From: Phycisphaerales bacterium
GTDB lineage: Bacteria; Planctomycetota; Phycisphaerae; Phycisphaerales; SM1A02
DNA: 64,000 nt
Direction: 5' to 3'
NCBI GenBank assembly: GCA_049318245.1
Contig: JBMOGS010000003.1
Location: 2,311-66,310, forward strand
This document shows, piece after piece, positions 56,325 to 64,000 of the stretch (position 1 is its first letter; every line of letters begins with the position of its first letter). The position numbers and the translations under genes were made by a program. Below the pieces are notes generated by a model that saw nothing but the letters and a program-made list of their open reading frames with translations, did not search any database and was not told the origin of the DNA.

Positions 56325-56712
56325 GCTCGCGTGGATAGGAGACCGCCCTCCGACGTTCGCGTCGGGGTGAGGAAAGTCCGGACACGACAGGGCAACGGTG
56401 ATGGCGAACGGCCACCGGCCAAGCTGAAGGCCAGGGACAGTGCCACAGAGAACGAACCGCCGAACGGCCCGCAAGGGTGCGTGGCAAGGGTGAAAAGGTG
56501 CGGTAAGAGCGCACCGCTCCAGCGGCGACGCTGGGGGCACGGAAAACCCCACCGCGTGCAAGCGCAAGCAGCCCCAGCCGGGCAACCGGCTCCCGTGGTC
56601 CACGGGCGTGGGCGGGTCGCGTGCTTCGAGGCCGTCGGCAACGGCGGTCCAGAGAGAAATGGTCACCACCGGCTTCGGCCGGCACAAAATCCGGCTTATT
56701 TCCACACTGAGC
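56325..56712 (+). ncRNA. rnpB: RNase P RNA, bacterial type A
   Basis: Universal elements are present: GAGGAAAGTCCGGAC, GGGTGAAAAGGTGCGGTAAGAGCGCACC, ACAGAGAAC and ACAAAATCCGGCTTAT. The 5' gcgtgga can pair with the 3' tccacac as P1. Ends are approximate to about 10 nt. Confidence 0.9.
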
Positions 56713-56713
56713 G

Positions 56714-56746
56714 GCGGCGGGTCTTCGGGCCCGCCGCGTCATTTTT
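56714..56746 (+). terminator. intrinsic terminator after rnpB
   Basis: An 8-bp GC stem (ggcggcgg/ccgccgcc-type: 56714-56721 pairs with 56730-56737) is followed by tcaTTTTT. Confidence 0.75.
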
Positions 56747-56921
56747 CGGGCTCGCCCGCGGTCTCTTCGTTCAAAATCCCGGGTTTCCTCTTGAACTCGA
56801 AGCGGTCCTCGCGACAATCGGGGACTACACCCGCCGCGGGGTGCCATCGACTGCCGGAGGTTCCGGCAGGGGTGGGCCCGGCAGGATGCCATCGCGACGG
56901 CTTTCACAGGAGACGCGCATC

Positions 56922-57488
56922 ATGTCCGCTTCAAAGACTTCCAGCCTGCAGGCCTACACGCTGCTGCTGTACCGCAAGGCCATCCATCCCGAATTCTTCC
57001 AGATCCAGGCGCGCAAGCGCATCGAGCATCCGCAGTACGAGTTCGAGGGCTGGGTCTTCAAGGGCGGTCATGCCGGTCGCTTCCAGTTCGGTGAAACCTG
57101 CCTGTGCGAAGTGGTGCTTGAAGGCGGACAGAACCTGCCCGACAAGGGCCTGGTCACCACCATGCCATGCGCGGGCGAGCGCGAGTTCGACGAGAAGTTC
57201 GGCGACAACCTGAAGTACGTCACCACGCTGCAGACCGAGACGCTGAGCGAGCACCTGTACACCGGCACCTATCGCGAGATGCTGGCCCACGGCCGCGATC
57301 GCAACTGCATCATGTTCAACTGGAACGACGAGCAGGGACGCCCCAACCTGTCGCTGCTCGACATCCAGCGATATCTCAACGCGGTGCATGTGCAGGGCTA
57401 TCACCTGCGCAGCGACTGCGGCATGGTGCTGCGCACGCAGACCATGTTCGAGATGAGCGACCCAAAGAAGAAGCCCGCTCGCGGCTGA
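56922..57488 (+). CDS. conserved hypothetical protein (possibly DUF2617-like)
   Basis: A 188-aa ORF with coding-like composition. A CAGGAG lies upstream of the ATG. It contains the motif LLLYRKAIHPEFFQI. The family assignment is from memory only. Confidence 0.6.
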   Translation: MSASKTSSLQAYTLLLYRKAIHPEFFQIQARKRIEHPQYEFEGWVFKGGHAGRFQFGETCLCEVVLEGGQNLPDKGLVTTMPCAGEREFDEKFGDNLKYVTTLQTETLSEHLYTGTYREMLAHGRDRNCIMFNWNDEQGRPNLSLLDIQRYLNAVHVQGYHLRSDCGMVLRTQTMFEMSDPKKKPARG

Positions 57489-57492
57489 TCCG

Positions 57493-58461
57493 GTGACCGA
57501 CGCGCGCATCGGCGTGCTGGCGGGTCTGGCGACCGCCGGCCTGTGGGTGGTGTCCGGCCTGTCCTTCACCAAGTCGGGACAGGCACTCGGCGCCACGCGC
57601 GTGAACCTTTTTCGCACGGTCGCGGCGGCGGTGGTGCTCTGCGGAATCCAGTGGTTCTCGCTTGGCCGCCTGGCGCCGGGCATGCCCGATTCCGCGCTCG
57701 CGTGGCTTGCGGTCAGTGGCGTGCTTGGGCTGACGATCGGCGATCAGTTCCTGTTCACGGGCTACGTCATGCTTGGGCCGCGCCTGGTGAGCGTGCTCAT
57801 GACGCTTGCGCCAAGCATGTCGGCGATCCTGGCATGGAGCTTCTTCGGCGAGACCATGAATCCTGTCGGCGTGGCTGGAATGCTCATCACGACGGCCGGC
57901 GTCGCGTGGGCCGCGCTGGGACGCGCGGCCGCCGACAGCCCGCACACGCCGCGCGAACGACGGACCGGATTGATGTTCGGCGTGGCGGCCGCGCTGTGTC
58001 AGGCGGCTGGCATGGTCGCGGCGAAGCGCGGTCTGGATCAGGGCGTGCAGGCCTTCGACGCGCAGACGATCCGCATGTACTCCGGCGCGCTGACCGTCAT
58101 TCCGCTTGCGCTCCTTGCGCGCTCGGCCGGACTCACCGTGCAGGCACGTCCCTCGCGACGCGCCTTCGCCATTCTCGCGCTGGGCGTCGTCAGCGGGCCG
58201 CTGTTCGGCGTCTACTTCAGCATGCTCTCGACGGCGAAGGTTCCTGTCGGCGTCGCCGCCACGCTGATCGGTCTTGTGCCGGTGCTCATCCTGCCCGCCA
58301 CTCGCATCATCGACGGCGAGCGCATCCCCGCGCGCGCGTGGATCGGTGCGATCATCGCCGTGGCCGGCATCGCGGTGCTGTCCATGGGAGCTTCCGCGCC
58401 GCCGGACACGTCCGATCCATCGCCCGCGACGGTGCCGTCCGTGACGGAGAACGCGCGATGA
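57493..58461 (+). CDS. EamA/DMT-family transporter
   Basis: It has about ten hydrophobic segments in two EamA-like repeats. The GTG start is 4 nt after the previous stop. Confidence 0.8.
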   Translation: MTDARIGVLAGLATAGLWVVSGLSFTKSGQALGATRVNLFRTVAAAVVLCGIQWFSLGRLAPGMPDSALAWLAVSGVLGLTIGDQFLFTGYVMLGPRLVSVLMTLAPSMSAILAWSFFGETMNPVGVAGMLITTAGVAWAALGRAAADSPHTPRERRTGLMFGVAAALCQAAGMVAAKRGLDQGVQAFDAQTIRMYSGALTVIPLALLARSAGLTVQARPSRRAFAILALGVVSGPLFGVYFSMLSTAKVPVGVAATLIGLVPVLILPATRIIDGERIPARAWIGAIIAVAGIAVLSMGASAPPDTSDPSPATVPSVTENAR

Positions 58462-59285
58462 CGCGCGCGCGTCACGCATTGCTGCAGGCGGACCGTGCCA
58501 TGGGGCTGTCGCATGCGCCGCGAAGGCGTGAAGCCGATCCACTCGACGCGAGCGTCCCGGCGAGCCTCTCGGAGCCCGCCCCAGGCGTCCCCGCGCTGGA
58601 CCTGCCGATTGCCGAAAGGGCCTCGGCGCCAGCGACGCCGTCGGGCACGGCACGCGCCATTCCCGCCCCGGTGGCGCATGGTGGAATTGCCGTGCGTGGC
58701 GTGGAAGCCCTTGAGGCCCTGCGTCAGCGCCACGACCGCGAATGTCCCCATTGCACCACGGCCACCGCGCACACGCAGACGGTCTTTGGCGAGGGCGATC
58801 CGGAAGCGCGCCTGATGTTCATCGGCGAGGCTCCGGGCGAGACCGAGGACCGCCTCGGTCGTCCCTTCGTGGGGCGTGCCGGCGAGAAGCTGGACGAGAT
58901 GATTCGGGCGATGGGCCTCGGGCGTGAACAGGTCTACATCGCCAATGTGCTCAAGAGCCGGCCGCCAGAGAATCGCACGCCGCTGCAGCACGAAGTCGAC
59001 GCGTGTGGGCCGTACCTCATCGAGCAGATCCTGACGATCCGTCCGGAGGTGATCGTGACGCTGGGCGGCCCGGCGACCAAATTGCTCCTGGCGACCGATG
59101 TGGGCATCACGCGGTTGCGGGGGGTCTGGAGCGAATGGCGATCGCCGGGTGGAGAGGCCTCCATCCCTGTCATGCCGACCTACCACCCGGCGTACCTGCT
59201 CCGGAATTACACCCCCCAGACGCGCGGCGAGATGTGGTCAGACCTGCAGGCCGTCATGGCTCGGCTCGGACTCGGTCGGAAGTAG
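58458..59285 (+). CDS. uracil-DNA glycosylase, family 4
   Basis: ECPHCTT…VFGEGDPEARLMFIGEAPGETEDRLGRPFVGRAGEKLDEMI…HPAYLLR are family 4 UDG motifs. The ATG overlaps the EamA stop. Confidence 0.88.
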   Translation: MTRARHALLQADRAMGLSHAPRRREADPLDASVPASLSEPAPGVPALDLPIAERASAPATPSGTARAIPAPVAHGGIAVRGVEALEALRQRHDRECPHCTTATAHTQTVFGEGDPEARLMFIGEAPGETEDRLGRPFVGRAGEKLDEMIRAMGLGREQVYIANVLKSRPPENRTPLQHEVDACGPYLIEQILTIRPEVIVTLGGPATKLLLATDVGITRLRGVWSEWRSPGGEASIPVMPTYHPAYLLRNYTPQTRGEMWSDLQAVMARLGLGRK

Positions 59286-59395
59286 GCGAGGGGCGTGATT
59301 TCAAATTTCCAATGATTGGCGCATCCGGGGCGGGAGGGGCCGCGTAGAGGCTGATACGTCGGGCTTTGCCCGCCGCCAACCGAGCCCCCCACGAG

Positions 59396-59431
59396 GAGCC
59401 TGCCTGCGGCCTTGCCGCGGCAGGCTCTTTC
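59396..59431 (+). terminator. intrinsic terminator after the UDG gene
   Basis: gagcctgcc(t)gcgg-ccttg-ccgcggcaggctc is a 13-bp stem with a one-nt bulge. It is followed by TTTC. Confidence 0.7.
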
Positions 59432-59534
59432 AATTCATGGATACCGGATCAGCGCAGCACAGGCCGGATCGAGCGTCGGTGCACCCACGGGCTGCCAGCG
59501 GAGGGGTCCCTCGCCACCGAGCGCCACGCGCACC

Positions 59535-60749
59535 TCAGGCGGTGATCGCCAGCGCCGCGCAGGACACCATCGAACCCGCCGTGGTGTCCCGCATCTGGCG
59601 ATAGTCGATCAGTTCCACCGACGCCGGCTTCGCGATGCGAAGCAGGGCGCTCATGTTGCCCACGCTGCACCAGCGGCTGACGTTGTTCTGTGCCGCAAAG
59701 GGCGCCACGAACGCGTTGGCATCGCCGCCACAGAAAAGTCGGAGCCGTTCCCGATCAAGCTGCTCCACCTGCTGGGCAATGGGATCCGTGACGGGTCCCG
59801 GGTCGCCGAACTGCGGACCGACATGGCTCAGGTCGCTGCTGGCGATGTACAGGGTGTTTCCGCCAAGCTCGCTCAGTGCGGTGGTCAGTGAGGCCACGAA
59901 TTCGTCGGTTGTGGCGCGTGCGCCGTCGTCGGCAACCATCGGCCGCAGCGGATCCGGCACCAGCGCGGCGATCACGGGCACCTCGCCGTAGAGGTGCTGC
60001 ACCCATGGCAACTGCAGCTGGATCGAGTGCTCGCCCAGATGGTCCATCTGGTCCGCGTAGATCCGCTTGGCCCCAAGCGACTTCTCCAGGAACGCCAGCA
60101 CCGCACGATCCGCGGGTGCAATGCCGAGCGGCGTCTGGAAGCCGAATTCACTCAGCACCACGCCATCGCCAATGCCGAAATGGTTCGTGCCGAGCACCAC
60201 CACGCGGTCCGGCTTGCGATCGGGGTTCAGCGCACGGTACGCGGCCGCGTAGTTGTGCCAGCCCGATGCGTAGTCCAGATGCGGCGCCACCAATCCCGAC
60301 ACCGTGCCCGGAATCTCGGGGTCCTCGGCCTGGCCAAGCCATCCCGCGATGGCCGTGTTGGCGGCCTCGGCGTTCTCTCCAAGCGGCGCGGTGCAGGACG
60401 TGGGGAAGTGGCCCGACTCGTTGATGCGGGCCTTGGCCAGGCGCTCCAGCTCCTCGAAGCGCGGTCCCCACAGAAGCCCGAGCTCATCCATTCGCGTCAC
60501 GATCTCGCGCAGGATGTTCATCGGGGCCTTGGTGCGCGCGGAGAGTTCCTCCAGGGACTCGCGCCCCTGGAACTGCAGGATCAACGGAAGGACCTGGGGC
60601 TGGACCGCCATGGTCTGGGCAGACAGTCGCGACGGGTCGTACAGAAGCACGATCGGCTGCTGTCCTTCCTGCTGCATGCCCCGGGGCTGGAAATTCCGGA
60701 TGCAGGGGCGCTGAAGGTGTTCCGGCAGTGGGGCTTCCGTTTCGGTCAT
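59535..60749 (-). CDS. MEMO1 / AmmeMemoRadiSam system protein B family protein with ~130-aa N-terminal extension
   Basis: VAPHLDYASGWHNYAAAY, VVLGTNH and GEHSIQLQLPWVQ are Memo-family motifs. The start is at MTETEAP. Confidence 0.8.
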   Translation of the reverse strand: MTETEAPLPEHLQRPCIRNFQPRGMQQEGQQPIVLLYDPSRLSAQTMAVQPQVLPLILQFQGRESLEELSARTKAPMNILREIVTRMDELGLLWGPRFEELERLAKARINESGHFPTSCTAPLGENAEAANTAIAGWLGQAEDPEIPGTVSGLVAPHLDYASGWHNYAAAYRALNPDRKPDRVVVLGTNHFGIGDGVVLSEFGFQTPLGIAPADRAVLAFLEKSLGAKRIYADQMDHLGEHSIQLQLPWVQHLYGEVPVIAALVPDPLRPMVADDGARATTDEFVASLTTALSELGGNTLYIASSDLSHVGPQFGDPGPVTDPIAQQVEQLDRERLRLFCGGDANAFVAPFAAQNNVSRWCSVGNMSALLRIAKPASVELIDYRQMRDTTAGSMVSCAALAITA

Positions 60750-60894
60750 GGGAGCGGCAGTGTAATGGCCCTCATCGGCGGTCCGGGAATTCGACCGAAC
60801 CTGCCTCAGATCCACGCGTTGGCTGGCCGATGATCGAACGTGGTCCGGGGTAGAATCGGACCGTTCGCCTCCGACCGCAACAGGATCCACCATC

Positions 60895-62616
60895 ATGCTT
60901 CGAAACCTGCTGACCATCGCCTGTCTCGCAAGCCAGCTGGCCGCGCCCGTTTCATTGGCGCAGGATGCGCCGGACGCTCCGGCTCCGGCCGCGGCACCGC
61001 CCGTGAAGAAGCGTCCCACGGCGGCCTCCGGCGCGGAGCAGGTGGGTGCGGGGGTGACCCGTCAGGAGCGCATGAAGAATGCGGTGTCCCAGACCTCGGC
61101 GCCCGTCGCGGCAGGCGGGGCTGATCCGACGGGCGGGGCGGTGCAGGCCGTCGTCGACACCACGCCGGTGGTGAAGATCGAGCCCGAGGTCCTGGATCTG
61201 GGCGAGATGGTGGTGGACACGGCGAAGACCGGCAAGGTCACGATCACGAACATCAGCGACAAGCCGGTCACGATCGCGAAGGCGATCACCAGCTGTGGCT
61301 GCACCACGGCGGGCGCCCCGAAGGATCCGATTCCGCCGGGCGGCTCCGCCGAGGTCGAGATCACGCTGAAGCCTGGCCCCAAGCCGGGCGTGCCGCTGAG
61401 CAAGCGCGTGACCTTCCAGATCGACGGCCACGCCCCGATGATGGTCACGGTGCAGGGCAAGGTTCCGGCGTACATCACCATGACGCCCGACATTCTCGAG
61501 GCACCCGGCGAGGGCAAGACGGCGGAGGGTGCGATCACGCTGAAGAGCGTGGATGGCACCACGCCGTTCAAGATCACCTCGGTCGTTCCGCCCATCGTTC
61601 CGGATGCCGCCGGCGATGCCAAGGTGGAGCATGTCGTGCACGTCGACTGGAAGCAGTGGGACGAGACCGGGAAGACGATCAAGCTCACCTTCACCACCGA
61701 TCACCCCAAGGTGCCCTCGCTCAGCTGCCTGATTCGCCGTCCGGTGAACCCGGCCGGCGATCCGCGTGGTCCGGCGGGCCCATCGTCCGCGGATCGCGCC
61801 GCGAGCGCGCTGGTGACCGCGGCCCGCAGTGGCGATGTCGAGAAGGTGAAGAAGGAACTCGAGGGAGGCGCCAACGTGAACGCGCCCGACAGCGCCGGGG
61901 GCCGCAGCGCGCTGCACTGGGCCGCCAAGGAGGGCAAGATCGACGTGATCCCCGTGCTGCTGGCGAAGGGCGCCGACGTGAACGTGCGAGACCGTGCGGG
62001 CAAGACCGCGCTGTGCATCGCCGGCGAGAACGGCAAGGTCGAGGCGGTGGCGCTGCTGCTGGCGGCCAAGAGCGACGTGAACGCCACGGATCGCATGGGC
62101 GGAACGCCGCTCATGTGGGCGGCGGCGCTCGGTTCCCCGGACACCGTGAAGGCGCTGATCGACGCGGGTGCGACGGTGAACATCGCCGACAAGAACGGTC
62201 TCACGCCGCTGCTCTGGGCTGCGAGCACCGGTGACCCGCGAACGGTCGAGCTGCTCATCGCCAGCAAGGCCGATCTTGCGGCGCAGGACAACCTGACCGG
62301 CGACAACGCGCTCATGCGGGCGGCGCGCAATGGCAAGATCGAGAGCCTCAAGGCGCTGCTTGCCGCGAAGGCGGACATCGAGGCCAGGAATCGCCAGGGC
62401 ATGACGCCGTGGCTGATCGCGGCGGCCAGCGGCAAGGCGGAGAAGCTCCAGGCCCTGAAGGAGGCCGGCGCGAACGTGCAGGCGACGGATGCCCGCGGCT
62501 GGAACGCGGTGGATCACGCGCGCAATCGCGCGGACGGTTCGGCGCGCGAAGTCGAGACGTATCTGGTGACCGAGCTCAAGCTCGCTCCATCGGGCGCTGG
62601 GCAGGGGGCGAAGTGA
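60895..62616 (+). CDS. exported DUF1573 domain / ankyrin-repeat protein
   Basis: The signal peptide is MLRNLLTIACLASQLAAPVSLAQ. The DUF1573 pattern is ITNISDKPVTIAKAITSCGCTTA…IPPGGSAEVEITL. At least six ankyrin repeats are present (GRSALHWAAKEGKIDVIPVLLAKGADVN…). Confidence 0.85.
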   Translation: MLRNLLTIACLASQLAAPVSLAQDAPDAPAPAAAPPVKKRPTAASGAEQVGAGVTRQERMKNAVSQTSAPVAAGGADPTGGAVQAVVDTTPVVKIEPEVLDLGEMVVDTAKTGKVTITNISDKPVTIAKAITSCGCTTAGAPKDPIPPGGSAEVEITLKPGPKPGVPLSKRVTFQIDGHAPMMVTVQGKVPAYITMTPDILEAPGEGKTAEGAITLKSVDGTTPFKITSVVPPIVPDAAGDAKVEHVVHVDWKQWDETGKTIKLTFTTDHPKVPSLSCLIRRPVNPAGDPRGPAGPSSADRAASALVTAARSGDVEKVKKELEGGANVNAPDSAGGRSALHWAAKEGKIDVIPVLLAKGADVNVRDRAGKTALCIAGENGKVEAVALLLAAKSDVNATDRMGGTPLMWAAALGSPDTVKALIDAGATVNIADKNGLTPLLWAASTGDPRTVELLIASKADLAAQDNLTGDNALMRAARNGKIESLKALLAAKADIEARNRQGMTPWLIAAASGKAEKLQALKEAGANVQATDARGWNAVDHARNRADGSAREVETYLVTELKLAPSGAGQGAK

Positions 62617-64000
62617 CCGTCGCCGCCGGCGATCGCGCTTCCAGCTCCAGCCAGGGGTCGGCGGCTGCCGCGCTTGCTGCGCGCGTGCGCCAGGTGCACA
62701 CGCTGAACAGCACCGCCTCCGTCCTTGGCTGGGATCAGGAGACGATGATGCCCGAGGGTGGCGTGGAGCACCGCGCCTCGCAGCTGGCGCTGCTGGCGAA
62801 GCTCGCGCACCAGACCTTCACCGCGCCCGAGATGAAGGACCTGGTTTCGGGCGCCGTGGCCGAGACCGCCAGCCTGCCGCAGGACCACCCGGACCGCGTG
62901 GACGCGCGCGAGATCGAGCGTGACTGGCAGAAGGCCACGCTGCTGCCCGAGTCCCTGGTGACGGAACTGGCGGAACTGTCGAGCAAGGCGATGCACGCGT
63001 GGGCGGCGGCGCGCAAGGCGAGCGATTTCGGGCGATTCCGGCCGTTGCTGGAGCGCACGGTCGAGCTGAACCGCAGGAAGGCCGAGTGTCTGGGATGGCC
63101 GAAGGGCGGCGAACCCTGGGACGCGCTGGCGGATCATTACGAGCCGGGCCTGACGGCTGCCTCGGTTGCCTCGGTCTTCACGCCCCTTCGGCAGCGACTG
63201 CAGGGACTGCTGGATCGCCTGAAGGGCGCGTCGCGAAAGCCCTCGAACGCCTTCAACGAGCATGCGCTCGCGATCGCCGATCAGGAACGCTTCGTGCGTT
63301 TCGTGGCCAAGCGGATCGGCTTCGACTTCACGCGCGGCCGCCTCGATCGCAGCACGCATCCGTTCTGTGGCGGCAGTCACTGCAACGACGTGCGCATGAC
63401 CACGCGCTATCTGGAGACCTGCGTGCTCGACGCCCTCGGCAGCACCATGCACGAGGCGGGTCACGGCATGTACGAGCAGGGGCTCGACGGCACGCGCATC
63501 GGCCTGCCGATGGGCGAGGCGGCGGGTCTCTCGGTGCACGAGAGCCAGAGTCGGCTCTGGGAGAACCAGGTCGGCCGCAGCCGGGGCTTCTGGAGCTGGT
63601 GTCGAGGCGAGCTGCCCGCGTTCTTCGGCGACGCCTGCGATCGCTTCTCGCTGGACGAGCTCTACGAGGCTGCCAACGTCGTCGAGCCCGGATTCATCCG
63701 GGTCGAGGCGGACGAGGGCACGTACAACATGCACGTGATGATCCGCTTCGAACTGGAGCGGTCCCTGATCCGGGGAGATCTGGCGGTGAAGGATCTGCCG
63801 GGGGTCTGGAACGGCATGTACCGTGATTATCTGGGCGTGGAGGTCCCCGACGATCGTCGTGGGTGCCTCCAGGACGTGCACTGGAGCATGGGTGCGATCG
63901 GCTATTTCCCCACCTACACGCTGGGCACGCTTCTGGCGGCGCAACTCTTCGAGCAGGCCCGCAAGGACATTCCCGGTCTCGACGCGGGCATCGCGACGGG
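62613..64000 (+). CDS. carboxypeptidase M32 (Taq-like), 3' end beyond the window
   Basis: My own translation from the GTG at 62613 reads …STASVLGWDQETMMPEGGVEHRASQLALLAKL…HPFCGGSHCNDVRMTTRY…HEAGHGMYEQG (HExxH). The frame stays open to the window end, so it is absent from the ORF track. The GTG overlaps the preceding stop. Confidence 0.85.
   Translation, partial: MTVAAGDRASSSSQGSAAAALAARVRQVHTLNSTASVLGWDQETMMPEGGVEHRASQLALLAKLAHQTFTAPEMKDLVSGAVAETASLPQDHPDRVDAREIERDWQKATLLPESLVTELAELSSKAMHAWAAARKASDFGRFRPLLERTVELNRRKAECLGWPKGGEPWDALADHYEPGLTAASVASVFTPLRQRLQGLLDRLKGASRKPSNAFNEHALAIADQERFVRFVAKRIGFDFTRGRLDRSTHPFCGGSHCNDVRMTTRYLETCVLDALGSTMHEAGHGMYEQGLDGTRIGLPMGEAAGLSVHESQSRLWENQVGRSRGFWSWCRGELPAFFGDACDRFSLDELYEAANVVEPGFIRVEADEGTYNMHVMIRFELERSLIRGDLAVKDLPGVWNGMYRDYLGVEVPDDRRGCLQDVHWSMGAIGYFPTYTLGTLLAAQLFEQARKDIPGLDAGIAT

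Noticed and set aside
62514-63944. A 476-aa minus-strand ORF, plus the 275-aa plus-strand ORF at 62999..63826.
   Set aside because: They are antisense to, or out of frame with, the M32 carboxypeptidase reading frame. That frame contains HPFCGG and HEAGH motifs and stays open to the window end.
1-64000. A search for defence systems, toxin-antitoxin pairs, CRISPR-Cas, integrases, transposases and phage genes.
   Set aside because: None of the translated ORFs showed the corresponding hallmark motifs. Outside the first ~2.4 kb the window reads as core chromosome.

Overview
This is a high-GC bacterial chromosomal segment. Hand counts give about 70% G+C in typical coding stretches. It is densely packed with housekeeping genes on both strands.

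The domain repertoire includes a DUF1573/ankyrin protein, a rhomboid with a DUF6576-like tail, a very long fused SecDF, a YajC with a Pro/Ala-rich extension, and many lipoproteins. This is reminiscent of Planctomycetota/PVC-type genomes, but that placement is inference only.

I support about 57 protein-coding genes:
- **Biosynthesis and core metabolism:** uppS, purA, hemW, thrA-thrB-thrC, apt, aroA, rsmD, ispD.
- **Tyrosine/homogentisate catabolism (split across the window):** fahA, hmgA, hppD.
- **DNA maintenance:** recG, xseA/xseB, smc, a family-4 UDG.
- **Export and envelope:** pilD-like peptidase, tgt-yajC-secDF.
- **Other:** rplU, an M32 carboxypeptidase.

RNA and structural features are a type-A RNase P RNA (rnpB), one decayed tRNA-like element, and several hairpin terminators.

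No CRISPR array, IS element, integrase, prophage or recognisable defence system was seen. The many ORFs over 200 aa lying antisense to real genes are high-GC artefacts.

The most interesting observations are:
1. An uncharacterised 313-aa protein is translationally coupled to fahA, in a homogentisate pathway with no GST-type maleylacetoacetate isomerase in the window.
2. An M50-like protein with both catalytic motifs degenerate sits next to an intact rhomboid and shares a C-terminal tail motif with it. Both lie just upstream of tgt-yajC-secDF.
3. An orphan FlgI-like/HEAT-repeat lipoprotein lies between a pseudouridine synthase and smc.
4. An exported ClpP-like protease carries a long coiled coil.
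5. The left edge of the window is a low-GC mosaic of a polA 3' fragment, a truncated serine hydrolase and a decayed tRNA.
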